A model generated the notes under the pieces. That model was not told where the DNA came from and ran no database searches. It worked only from the letters and a program-made list of their open reading frames with translations. The translations under genes and the position numbers were made by a program. Shown one piece after another: positions 30,343 to 39,888 of a DNA stretch of 64,000 nucleotides. The stretch's first letter is position 1, and the number at the start of each line of letters is the position of its first letter. The DNA is taken from assembly GCA_965242965.1 (NCBI GenBank), contig OZ251518.1, positions 1,664,001 to 1,728,000 of the forward strand, given 5' to 3'. The stretch is from Candidatus Poribacteria bacterium (GTDB lineage: Bacteria; Poribacteria; WGA-4E; WGA-3G).

Positions 30343-30660
30343 GGGGGTGTTTCATATATCAATGCCTTCCCCGTAGGAGAGCCCTCCCGGTCTCGATTTC
30401 TCCGCCCGGTCTCGATGCAAGCGATGTCCCCGTAAGAGAGACTTGTGAAAAAATGTCACAGTACCGTAGCGCGGGGGCCCTCGGATGCCACACGCGCCTC
30501 CGAGCGGGTTTCCTCCGCGAATTTCCGGTAGACCGAAGCACGGCGAGGGACAGGCCCTCGCCCTACGCAGAAGGGGGCGTTTTTCGACCAAGAAACCCTC
30601 CCGTTACCGTAGCGCGGGGGCCTGTCCCCCGCGACGTTGAGCGATTTATGAAACACCCTC
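30343..30660. mobile_element. MITE-like element copy 5 (reverse orientation, flanks do not match)
   Basis: GGGGGTGTTTCATA at 30343, TATGAAACACCCTC at 30647-30660; flanks ATTAACCT vs AGATAAAT. Confidence 0.7.
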
Positions 30661-30667
30661 AGATAAA

Positions 30668-31642
30668 TTAAATTGTCGCGCGGGTTTGCGCGATGTTTCG
30701 ATAGGCACGCACATCGTCGTTTGGTGTGAGACGCAGTGCCTCATCGTAATCGCGCGTTGCTTCAGCATACTGGTGCATAGCGAAGTTTGCGTGCGCGCGT
30801 CCCACATAAGCATCAGCATAATCCGGTTTTCGTGCGAGTGCCGCGTCGTAATCGCGAATTGCATCGGCATAGGCATGCATCTGAAACTTCGTCACGGCGC
30901 GGTTGAAATAGCCTTCCACCCGGTCTGGTTGCAGATGGATGGCCTGGTTGTAATCCTGAATCGCGGCCCCGTGGTCCCCCAAGGCGTAATGGATACTCCC
31001 GCGGTTGCAATAAGCCTCCGCATAATCTGGTTTCAGGCGGAGAGCCGTGTCGTAAGCCGAAATGGCTTGTTCTCCCAGTCCCTTTTCCCACAGGAAGCCT
31101 CCAAGGCCGAAAAAGGCATTAATAGCTACCTCTTCTTCTGTTGGGACGTAAATGTGCCGCTTATTTGCCCCAGTCCTTTCAAGAATTTCTTGGATAATCG
31201 GGTCTTGTTCGCGGAGTTCCGGCCAGAGGTCCCTCATTTTGGGGAAGTTTTTATCCTCATAATTCCGAATAAAATCCCCGACACATGCTTCTGCGGCGGC
31301 CAAGGGATGCGTTTCATCCTCACCGATGCTCCAGCATAAGTCGTCTATTAAGGCAGAGAGTTGTTCGTATTCAGCCTCCGTTACCGTGACGCAGAGGAGC
31401 TCGGCGTTCCGACTCACGAGTTCGGTTAATAGCTCTTGGAGGCTTAGCAGCCACGGAATCGAATCTTCCGGGAAAAGGACTGCCTCAGGACTCTGATTCT
31501 CTTCCGGTAGGTTGAGCCGCTGTGGAACAAAGGCATCCGATAAACTTACGCCGGATGAAATGGAAAGCATAGGTAAAGGCAACACATTTTGCGTTGCTTG
31601 ACTAGGGGTTAACACCGTTTTTATCTCCTCCTCTTGAGCCAA
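30668..31642 (-). CDS. TPR-repeat protein with a HigA-N-terminal-like helical segment; start uncertain
   Basis: C-terminal TPRs (AYCNRG...GD...AIQDYNQAI.L.P); middle segment EYEQL...IGEDETHPL...YED. Confidence 0.8.
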   Translation of the reverse strand: MAQEEEIKTVLTPSQATQNVLPLPMLSISSGVSLSDAFVPQRLNLPEENQSPEAVLFPEDSIPWLLSLQELLTELVSRNAELLCVTVTEAEYEQLSALIDDLCWSIGEDETHPLAAAEACVGDFIRNYEDKNFPKMRDLWPELREQDPIIQEILERTGANKRHIYVPTEEEVAINAFFGLGGFLWEKGLGEQAISAYDTALRLKPDYAEAYCNRGSIHYALGDHGAAIQDYNQAIHLQPDRVEGYFNRAVTKFQMHAYADAIRDYDAALARKPDYADAYVGRAHANFAMHQYAEATRDYDEALRLTPNDDVRAYRNIAQTRATI

Positions 31643-31689
31643 GACTCGTATTCGGGATACGTGAAGACCTTGTAAATGATAACCTTCGG

Positions 31690-33381
31690 CTACCTACCGC
31701 CGGAGAAGAGTCCTCTCCCGATGCCGAACGCCGCATTCAATTCTTCCAAAGTATAGGTATTGATGACATCCTCTTTTGTCAACCAACCGCGGCGCGCCAC
31801 ATTGATGCCGAAATGACGATTCTCTAGGTGCGAAATCGCGTGCGCATCCGTATTGACTGCCAACTGCACTCCCGCACGCTTCGCCTGATGGACAAATTCG
31901 GGCCCCAAATCCAAACGACTCGGTGAACCGTTGATTTCCAAAACCGTTCCGTTTTCTGCGGCGGCCGCGATGATTTCCTCAAGATTAAGGGCATACATCG
32001 GGCGTTTGCCGAGCAACCTGCCGGTAGGATGCCCGATAATATGGACGAAGGGGTTCTCAATTGCGCGAACGATGCGCCGCGTCATTCGCTCCTCCGAAAG
32101 CGTGAAGTGACTGTGAACGCTGGCCACGACGATATCCAGTTTCTCCAAAATCGCCTCCGGAAAATCGAGGTATCCATATTCACGGATATCCACCTCAGAA
32201 CCTGCAAGCACCGCGATGCCTTCGATTTCCGCATCCAGTTCGCGAATCTGCTCAATCTGGTGCAACAACCGCCCCCTATCTAATCCGTTGGCGATGGAGG
32301 AGGAGACAGAATGATCGGTGATGGCGATGTATTCAAACCCCGCCGCTTTCGCCGCTTCTATCATGTCTCGGAGGGTGTTTCTGCCGTCACTCCAGTCGGT
32401 GTGCGCGTGAAGATCACCGCGTAAATCGCTGAATGCCACGAGGCGCGGTAAGGTGCCTTCCGCCGCCGCGGTAATCGATTCTGCACCGCCTCGGAGTTCC
32501 GGTGGAATGTAGGACAAACCCATTTTTTCATAGATGGATTCCTCTGTATCGGCGGTAGGCGGATATGGCAACGTCTGGAGCGCGGTGAGATGTTCCTCGG
32601 TGGCGGTGGTGCGAAAGCGCGTCGCCTCGTATTCGGCAGCGGTGCAGAGATGGAGCGTTCCCAAAAAATCGCGTTCAACGCGGAAATGGATTTGGTTGGC
32701 ATCCTCGTCCGAAACCGAAGCGTTTTCTCCAAGGCGTGTCAATAGCGATTGTCGGACAGTCCCGATTTCTCCATCGGCTTGGACAACGCAATCGAGGCCG
32801 CGGCAAATCTCTTCGCGACGGCGCAGCCCTCCGGTGAATTCGTGGCGTTGGATGCCAGCGTTTTTGAGCATATCTGCAACCCGTTCCGCCATTTTGAGTG
32901 CCTCCCGCAGCGGGCGCGTCCCCTGTTGTTCTGCGTGAAACTTCAGGCTTTCGGCAATGAGTTTCAGGGTTCTCTTGCCAATACCCTTCATTCTTCGGAG
33001 TTGTCCGCTTTCCAGTGCTTCCCCGAGGTCAGCGAGATTTCGGATGCCGAGTTCGTAATAGAATCTGCCGGCGGTTTTCACGCCGATGCCGCGGATTTTC
33101 AACAAATCCAACACTTCTTTCCCCATTTCGGCGGTGAGTTCATCGTAGACTTTGCAGCGTCCGGTTTCAATCATTTCTACCGTTTTGTCTTCAATGGCTT
33201 TGCCGATGCCGGGGCGGGCGCGGAATTCTGCCAGTGTGTGCATCTCAGCGAGTTCACGGGGTAAACTGTCGATGATATCGGCGGCGCGTTCGTAAATGCG
33301 CGCGCGGAATGCATCGTCACCGCGGATTTGCAAAAGTGTGCCGATGGCTCTGAAGATGGCACTGATGTCACTATTTTTCAT
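31690..33381 (-). CDS. polX: DNA polymerase X / PHP-domain protein (polymerase site apparently degenerate)
   Basis: HhH motifs (PGIG, RGIG, KGIG), YIPPELR, PHP motifs HAHTDWSDG, TDH, GHPTGR, NTDAH. Confidence 0.92.
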   Translation of the reverse strand: MKNSDISAIFRAIGTLLQIRGDDAFRARIYERAADIIDSLPRELAEMHTLAEFRARPGIGKAIEDKTVEMIETGRCKVYDELTAEMGKEVLDLLKIRGIGVKTAGRFYYELGIRNLADLGEALESGQLRRMKGIGKRTLKLIAESLKFHAEQQGTRPLREALKMAERVADMLKNAGIQRHEFTGGLRRREEICRGLDCVVQADGEIGTVRQSLLTRLGENASVSDEDANQIHFRVERDFLGTLHLCTAAEYEATRFRTTATEEHLTALQTLPYPPTADTEESIYEKMGLSYIPPELRGGAESITAAAEGTLPRLVAFSDLRGDLHAHTDWSDGRNTLRDMIEAAKAAGFEYIAITDHSVSSSIANGLDRGRLLHQIEQIRELDAEIEGIAVLAGSEVDIREYGYLDFPEAILEKLDIVVASVHSHFTLSEERMTRRIVRAIENPFVHIIGHPTGRLLGKRPMYALNLEEIIAAAAENGTVLEINGSPSRLDLGPEFVHQAKRAGVQLAVNTDAHAISHLENRHFGINVARRGWLTKEDVINTYTLEELNAAFGIGRGLFSGGR

Positions 33382-33399
33382 TTTTTCTCCTAATAAAGC

Positions 33400-33679
33400 G
33401 AGGGTGTTTCCTAAATCGCTCAACGTCGCGGGGGACAGGCCCCCGCGCTACGGTGAAAAAAACGCCTCTCCTTCACGTAGGGCGAGGGCCCTCGGATGCC
33501 ACACGCGCATCCGAGCGGGTTCCCCTCGCCATGCGTTTGGCTGGCAGACTGCATCACCTTTGTAGGTCAGGATCGCCTGATCCTGACCCGTTCGGGAGCA
33601 GGTGCTCCCGAACTACAGAGGCGGGCATCGCTCGTATTGAGACCGGGAGGGCGCGCCAACGGAGTTATGAAATACCCTC
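33400..33679. mobile_element. MITE-like element copy 6
   Basis: TIRs at 33400 and 33666-33679; flanks AATAAAGC / AATAAAGT (7/8). Confidence 0.82.
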
Positions 33680-33767
33680 AATAAAGTAGGGGAGCCATCC
33701 CTGTCTCGGTTTTCAACATGTCGGGACAAGGATGTCCCTCCTACCGAAGAGGAGGTTGCGCGCCTAT

Positions 33768-34622
33768 TTATCGACGTGTTAATTTTCGGTGTGCGAAAAG
33801 CCCGGCAATGATGCCCACTGTTATGCCACCCACAACGATGGCAATAGGTTGATAAATGGGTAGAAAATGCATCGCGCCGAGTTGATATTTGAACATAAGA
33901 AACAAGCCGTAAAAAATGCCGAGTCCACCCCCCGTTCCGAGCGCGCCAAGGAAAATCCCATGCGTAAGTAACGGCAAGAGGTGATACCTAGGGAACGCGC
34001 CGAGGAGCTCCATGAGCGCGAGTTCCTCGTGACGCGCAGTCATCGTCTTGCCAACGGTGTAACGGATAATCAACCAGCAGACAGCGACAGCGATGGCGAT
34101 GCCTGCGAACGTTATCCGCTCCGCCTCGCGCAACAAATCGTTCAACACGCCTTGTCCCTTCAGCATGACATCCTCAATCTCGTCATACGCTTTAATCTCC
34201 AAAGCGATTTTTTCTAAGTCGTGCTGCGATAAAATTCCTTCGTCAATGTAAATTTCAAGGGAGGCTTGAAAAGGGATGACACCGGGAAAAGCCTCTTTAA
34301 TGAGTTTGCCTAACGCCTTAAATTCAGTTTCGCCGCGCGCCAATTCTTCCGCCTTGGAGACGTAATGCACAGCGATAATGCGATTGTCCTTCTCAATTTG
34401 GCTGACAAACGCGCGTCCTTTCGGTTCGTTTACGGTATCCTTGAGAAATGCGACGAGTGTTGGCTCGTCTTGGGCTAATGCCAGCTGCCGTGCGATGAAA
34501 GTGTGGTTGAGCAATAAGAGCGTGAGCAGCACTGTTGTCAACGCGATGCTGAGGAGACTCGTCACATTTGCGATGCCGGTGTGCCGGATATGAGAGAAGG
34601 CGTTTTCCAGATGATAGCGCAT
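33768..34622 (-). CDS. ftsX: Cell division permease FtsX-like protein
   Basis: TM1, periplasmic domain (YVSK.E), R.EEL.LM.LLGA, three C-terminal TMs; follows ftsE. Confidence 0.8.
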   Translation of the reverse strand: MRYHLENAFSHIRHTGIANVTSLLSIALTTVLLTLLLLNHTFIARQLALAQDEPTLVAFLKDTVNEPKGRAFVSQIEKDNRIIAVHYVSKAEELARGETEFKALGKLIKEAFPGVIPFQASLEIYIDEGILSQHDLEKIALEIKAYDEIEDVMLKGQGVLNDLLREAERITFAGIAIAVAVCWLIIRYTVGKTMTARHEELALMELLGAFPRYHLLPLLTHGIFLGALGTGGGLGIFYGLFLMFKYQLGAMHFLPIYQPIAIVVGGITVGIIAGLFAHRKLTRR

Positions 34623-34680
34623 GTTTTGTCGTAGGTTGTTACGCAAGGCACAACAGAAGAAATGCTGAACCTATACAAAA

Positions 34681-35328
34681 TCAACGAATACTGCCGTCTC
34701 TCAGTTCAATGATTCGCTTATTGCATTTTTGCGCGAGCTGTTTGTCGTTCGTTGCGACGAAGATAGTCATGCCTTGGAAGTTCAGGGCATCCAAGAGTGT
34801 CATCATCTCAAGCGAGAGACGTGCGTCTAAATCCCCTGTCGGCGCATCGGCGAGCAGTAACAGCGGCCGGTTGATAACGGCGCGCGCGATAGCCAGCCGC
34901 TGCCGTTCGTTACCGGATATGTCTGCAGGACGCGCGTCTTTGTGGTGTGCAAGCCCCATCTGATGGAGGAGTTTGTTGACATTTTCTCGCAGCGTCGCCG
35001 GCTTCGCGCCTATCAGTTTCTGCGGAAGGGCCAGATTTTGCTGAACGGTTTTGTGCGGCACAAACTTGAAGTCCTGAAAAACAAGCCCGATTTTCTGACG
35101 AAAATACGGAAGACTCAGCCGCGTCAATTCCGACAGTTGTTGCCCGAGAACGCTCATGTCACCGGACATCGGCATCAAATCTCGATATAACAGCCGGAGT
35201 AACGTTGTCTTCCCGGCACCACTCGGGCCGACGAGAAAGGCGAACTCGCCGCGTTCTACGCGAAAACTCACCTTCTCAAGCACACTGAGCTCACCATAAC
35301 TGAAACTGACTTGGTGGACTTGAATCAT
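34681..35328 (-). CDS. ftsE: Cell division ATP-binding protein FtsE-like
   Basis: GPSGAGKTT, IGLVFQDF; atypical ISGNE signature and LLADAP Walker B. Confidence 0.82.
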   Translation of the reverse strand: MIQVHQVSFSYGELSVLEKVSFRVERGEFAFLVGPSGAGKTTLLRLLYRDLMPMSGDMSVLGQQLSELTRLSLPYFRQKIGLVFQDFKFVPHKTVQQNLALPQKLIGAKPATLRENVNKLLHQMGLAHHKDARPADISGNERQRLAIARAVINRPLLLLADAPTGDLDARLSLEMMTLLDALNFQGMTIFVATNDKQLAQKCNKRIIELRDGSIR

Positions 35329-35410
35329 TTTCCCTCTGGCATTACGCAGAATGTTTCAGGCAAGCGCGGTTTCAAACCGCGCCTACCGGAGCGGTGTTGC
35401 ATGCCTGCTC

Positions 35411-37705
35411 CTATTCGTTGGTATAGCCACACTCTTTTGAGTTGCAGGCGATGTGCGTCGTCACCTCTTGGCTCCCCCTCACCTTTCGAGTTTTCTCAAG
35501 GAGAAACGGCGCGCCGCAGTCAGGACAGGGATTCGGCACCGGTTTATCCCACGTCGAAAATTCGCACTTGGGATAGTTGCTGCAGCCGTAGAAGATTTTG
35601 CCACGGCGCGTGCGGCGTTCACCGAGGTAGCCGTCGCAGTCTTTCTCCGGGCAATCGATGCCCATCGGGAGCGGCTTCGCGTTTTTGCACTTCGGATACC
35701 CGCTACACGATAAAAACTTGGCACCCGCGCGGCTCATTTTGATTACCATCGGTGCCCCGCACTTTTCGCACTTCCTATCGGTGGGTTCCGGTTCGGCGGA
35801 CACGATATCATCGCCGTTCAAACGTTTGATGTTCTGGCATTCCGGATAGTTTGCACAGCCGAGGAACCGTCCGTAACGTCCCCACTTGACAATCATCTTG
35901 CCGCCGCACTTCTCGCACGTCTCCTCCGACTCAGTCTCCATCGCCTTGCGCGCCTCATACATTTTATCGGGTGCTTCTTTCAGTGCGGTTTGGAACGGCG
36001 GATAGAACTCGCTTAACGTCCGCACCCATTCCACCTTGCCATCAGCAACGGTATCCAATTGCTCCTCCATCTTCGCCGTGAATTCCACATCAACGATGTT
36101 CGGAAAGCCGTGGATGAGGAGTTGATTGACAAGTCTTCCGATGTCTGTCGGTAGCAAGCGTCCCCTGTCCTTCTCCGCATAGCCTCTGTCTTGGATAGTA
36201 GAGAGGATTGTCGCGTAGGTGCTTGGGCGGCCGATTTCCTTCGCCTCTAACGCCTTGACGAGCGTGGCCTCGTTGTAACGGGGCGGCGGTTGCGTGAAGT
36301 GTTGCTTCGGCTCCAATTTGTGAAGCGCAAGCCGTTCCCCCTCTTTAACAGCGGGCAGCGTGGTATCTTCCTCCGAATCGCTATCGCTGTCTGTCGGGAC
36401 ATCGTCTTGTCCCTCCATATAGATAGTGCGGAAACCCTTAAACTTGATAACGGAACCAGTCGCCCGGAAGAGATACTGCCCGGCTTTGATGTCAATAGTT
36501 GTTGCATCAAGCACAGCAGGTTTCATCTGGCACGCGATGAACCGCTTCCAGATGAGTTCGTAGAGGCGATATTGTTCATCGCTGAGATACGGCTCCACTT
36601 CTGCGGGTGTGCGCAACGGAACACTCGGCCGCACTGCTTCGTGCGCGTCTTGCGCGCCCTTTTTGCTCCGATACTGCACCGCGCGCGCCGGCAGATATTC
36701 CGCGCCGTAAGTGGTTTTGATGAACGCGCGCGCTGAGGTGAGCGCATCTTGTGCGAGGCGCGTGGAATCTGTGCGCATATAGGTGATGAGCCCTACCGAA
36801 CCTTCACTGCCGAGCTCCACCCCTTCATAGAGTTGCTGCGCGATGCGCATCGTCCTTTTCGCCGTAAATCGGAGTTTTCGGGATGCCTCCTGCTGCAAAC
36901 TACTCGTAATAAAGGGTGGCACAGGACGTTGTTTCCGCTCCTTTTTCACCACCTTTTCGACGATGTAGGTTTGCGTCTCTGCATCGGCGGCGAGTTCCTT
37001 CGCCCTGGCCTCATCAATGAGAAAGCCGTAGTTGTTAATCTGCCCCTTCTCTTTCCCGATGCGGTGCAGTTTGGCAAGGAAGCGCGAGCGCGACGACGGG
37101 CCCGCAGTTGGTGATAACGTCGCAGTGAGCGTCCAATATTCCTGTGGTTTGAACGCCTCGATTTCTGCTTCGCGCGTGCAGATGAGACGCACGGCAACAG
37201 ATTGCACCCGGCCGGCACTCAACCCCGGTTTGACGCTCCGCCACAGAATAGGGCTAATCTGGTATCCGACGAGTCTATCCAAGACACGCCGGGCTTGTTG
37301 TGCATCAACGAGTGCCATGTTAATCTGCCCTGGATGCTGAATCGCCTCCAAGATAGCACCTTTCGTAACCTCGTTATACACGATGCGATAGATAGGTTTC
37401 TTCGCCTTTTTGAGCTCCTCAGCGAGGTGCCAACAAATGGCTTCACCCTCCCGGTCCGGGTCCGCGGCGAGGTAGATGGTATCCACCTTCTTCGCTGATT
37501 CTGTCAGTGCCTTGATAACCTTTCCCTTGCCGCGGATGAGGACATACTTGGGGGCGAAGGCGTTCTCAATATCAACACCGAGCTCCTTTTTCGGCAAATC
37601 GCGGATATGCCCGACGGAGGATTCAACGAGGTAATCCCTACCCAGAATCTTTTTGATGGTTTTCGCTTTCGCCGGCGATTCCACAACGACGAGTGATTTC
37701 GGCAT
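35411..37705 (-). CDS. topA: DNA topoisomerase I
   Basis: VESPAKAK, DPDREGE, SAGRVQS, ITYMRTDS, C-terminal Zn ribbons. Confidence 0.97.
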   Translation of the reverse strand: MPKSLVVVESPAKAKTIKKILGRDYLVESSVGHIRDLPKKELGVDIENAFAPKYVLIRGKGKVIKALTESAKKVDTIYLAADPDREGEAICWHLAEELKKAKKPIYRIVYNEVTKGAILEAIQHPGQINMALVDAQQARRVLDRLVGYQISPILWRSVKPGLSAGRVQSVAVRLICTREAEIEAFKPQEYWTLTATLSPTAGPSSRSRFLAKLHRIGKEKGQINNYGFLIDEARAKELAADAETQTYIVEKVVKKERKQRPVPPFITSSLQQEASRKLRFTAKRTMRIAQQLYEGVELGSEGSVGLITYMRTDSTRLAQDALTSARAFIKTTYGAEYLPARAVQYRSKKGAQDAHEAVRPSVPLRTPAEVEPYLSDEQYRLYELIWKRFIACQMKPAVLDATTIDIKAGQYLFRATGSVIKFKGFRTIYMEGQDDVPTDSDSDSEEDTTLPAVKEGERLALHKLEPKQHFTQPPPRYNEATLVKALEAKEIGRPSTYATILSTIQDRGYAEKDRGRLLPTDIGRLVNQLLIHGFPNIVDVEFTAKMEEQLDTVADGKVEWVRTLSEFYPPFQTALKEAPDKMYEARKAMETESEETCEKCGGKMIVKWGRYGRFLGCANYPECQNIKRLNGDDIVSAEPEPTDRKCEKCGAPMVIKMSRAGAKFLSCSGYPKCKNAKPLPMGIDCPEKDCDGYLGERRTRRGKIFYGCSNYPKCEFSTWDKPVPNPCPDCGAPFLLEKTRKVRGSQEVTTHIACNSKECGYTNE

Positions 37706-37769
37706 GTTCTATTCCTATTTTGCTTTTTTGAAATATTAACGCTTATTTTTCATTAAAGACTACAAAAAA

Positions 37770-38543
37770 TCAGCCCGCGAATTCAATCAAATCTGTCACC
37801 ATGTGCCGCATTTCCGCGCGATGAACGATGGCATCGATGAATCCGTGTTCCAATAACGACTCGGCTTTCTGAAAGTCTTCGGGAAGTTCTTCGCGTAGAC
37901 TCGCGACGGCTAGCGGGCCTGCGAATCCAATGCGCGCACCGGGTTCGGCGATAATCACATCTCCGAGGGAGGTGTAACTCGCCGTCGCGCCGCCAAACGT
38001 CGGATCGGTGACGACAGAGATGTAAAAAACCCCCTCTTTGGCGTATGTCGCACACGCAGCCGCTGTCTTCGCCATTTGCATCAATGCCAGCGTGCCTTCC
38101 TGCATCCGCATCCCGCCGCTCACGGAGACAATCACCAGCGGCAGCCTGTTTTCAAGGGCACGTTCGATGCATCGCGTCACCTTTTCGCCGATGACAGAAC
38201 CGCACGTTCCGCCGATAAACCCGACATCCCCGATGGCAATGGCAGTCGGATATCCGCCGATAGTGGCGATACCGGAGAGCATCTCAGACCTGAGCCCTGT
38301 TTTCGCAATGTCTCGCGCTAGTTTTTGCGGATATTCCGGGAATTCCAACGAATCAATGGAATATAAATCCGCGTCGTGTTCCTTAAAACTGCCCGCGTCA
38401 ATGAGGAGCTCAAGCCGTTCGTGAGCCGTCAGATAGTGGTGATGTCCGCAGTTATCGCACACTTTCAGATTTTTAACGAATGTTTCCGCATCGTTCTCCG
38501 CGTTGCAATTTCTGCAGACAACTGTTTTGATAGGTTCGCGCAT
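37770..38543 (-). CDS. accD: Acetyl-CoA carboxylase carboxyltransferase beta subunit
   Basis: Zn finger CRNC..CDNC, SGGMRMQEG, PTFGG.TAS, IGFAGP. Confidence 0.92.
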   Translation of the reverse strand: MREPIKTVVCRNCNAENDAETFVKNLKVCDNCGHHHYLTAHERLELLIDAGSFKEHDADLYSIDSLEFPEYPQKLARDIAKTGLRSEMLSGIATIGGYPTAIAIGDVGFIGGTCGSVIGEKVTRCIERALENRLPLVIVSVSGGMRMQEGTLALMQMAKTAAACATYAKEGVFYISVVTDPTFGGATASYTSLGDVIIAEPGARIGFAGPLAVASLREELPEDFQKAESLLEHGFIDAIVHRAEMRHMVTDLIEFAG

Positions 38544-38561
38544 ATTTTTATCAATTATACT

Positions 38562-38796
38562 GAGGGTGTTTCATATATCAATACCTTACGATAAAAAACG
38601 CTATCCCTTACCGTAGGGCGAGGGCCTGTCCCTCGCCAGCGTCCGCGCGCCAGGCCTGTAAGTCAAGATCGCCTAATCTTGACCCGTTTGTGATCAGGCG
38701 ATCACAAACTACAGACAGGGAAACACACATCAGGACGATGGACAACGCGGGGACAGACCCCCGCCCTACGGGAAAATCGAGATATGAAACACCCTC
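38562..38796. mobile_element. MITE-like element copy 7, inserted in the accD promoter
   Basis: Perfect TIRs at 38562 and 38783-38796; perfect 9-bp flanking repeat AATTATACT. Confidence 0.88.
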
Positions 38797-38797
38797 A

Positions 38798-38827
38798 ATT
38801 ATACTCTTCGGTGTGAGAATTTGTCAA
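38798..38827 (-). promoter_or_regulatory. Original sigma70 promoter of accD
   Basis: Minus strand TTGACA-18-TATAAT. Confidence 0.7.
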
Positions 38828-39033
38828 GCAAATTAGTTTTTCCCTTCTGTCGTTTGCAATTGCCGGAAGGTTCGGAAACTCTTGTCCTACAAGGCGGGGC
38901 ACGCCTCTGTAGTTCGGGAGCGCCTGCTCCCGAAACGGGCATAGGAGCTCTTGTCCTACAGGACGGAACACATTGGTAGAGTTTAGATGATAAGGGCGGA
39001 TAGAAACATCCGCCCTGACAACTTCTGAACCGT

Positions 39034-39807
39034 TTACCGGGACGTTTTGATGCGGCCCCAGGTAGTTGAGAGTTTACCTCTCGGGTCAACAGCGAGAGCC
39101 TCTTTCGCACCTTGTTCCATGAAGGTGTTAATATCATCTTCGCTGAGGGCGCGGTTCCAAAGGCGCACCTCATCAATAATGCCGGCGAAGATATAGTTCT
39201 CGCGTTCGCAATCCTGTCCGATGCGCCACGGGTCTTCGTTAGCACCGAGTTTTCCCGGCACCGCATCATCGACCACGGCATCGCCATCAATATAGATGAC
39301 TCCCTCTTTACCATCGTTGGTAAAAGCGACATGCACCCACTTTTCGGTATCCGGCAAATCGGTGGCGATGTCGGCGCGGCCGCCTTCGGTTTCAAAACGG
39401 AGTTTGAAAGTGCCGGCTTCGCTGAAAAGCCCGTATTGCACGCGGCCGCCGCATCCGCCGTGGACAGATTTGCCGACAATTTGGCGCGTGCCGTTCCAAT
39501 GTTCGGCGTTAATCCACGCCATGAACGTGCATTCGTCGACGTTCAGTTTCGGGGTGCTTTCAACGGTAACGAACGTGCCGCTGCCCTCACCGCCGAATTC
39601 AAGTGCCTTTTCAAACTTGCCGTCCACCCAGACAGGGCTCTCGATTTCGCCATCGTGCCCGTTGCCGCTAAGGTCTTCGGCGACAGCACCTTTGCCTTCA
39701 TCGTAGGCGTGGTAGAGGACAAGCCCGTCCGTAAATTCCTCCGCCGTTGTGAACGGAGACATCGCCAGAAATAGCGCGATGCAAACACAGATAACCAGTT
39801 TCATCAT
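39034..39807 (-). CDS. Secreted LamG/concanavalin-like domain protein with C-terminal 'AVDPRGKLSTTWGRIK' motif
   Basis: Signal peptide, DLSGNGHDG, WVHVAFT, FAGIIDEVRLWNRALS; AAGGAGG RBS. Confidence 0.9.
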   Translation of the reverse strand: MMKLVICVCIALFLAMSPFTTAEEFTDGLVLYHAYDEGKGAVAEDLSGNGHDGEIESPVWVDGKFEKALEFGGEGSGTFVTVESTPKLNVDECTFMAWINAEHWNGTRQIVGKSVHGGCGGRVQYGLFSEAGTFKLRFETEGGRADIATDLPDTEKWVHVAFTNDGKEGVIYIDGDAVVDDAVPGKLGANEDPWRIGQDCERENYIFAGIIDEVRLWNRALSEDDINTFMEQGAKEALAVDPRGKLSTTWGRIKTSR

Positions 39808-39888
39808 GAGAATTTCCTCCTTATGAGTTAAAGATGAGAAAATTCTATCACTTTTCGTAAAATCTGTCAAGCGGAAATTTTGTCCAGA

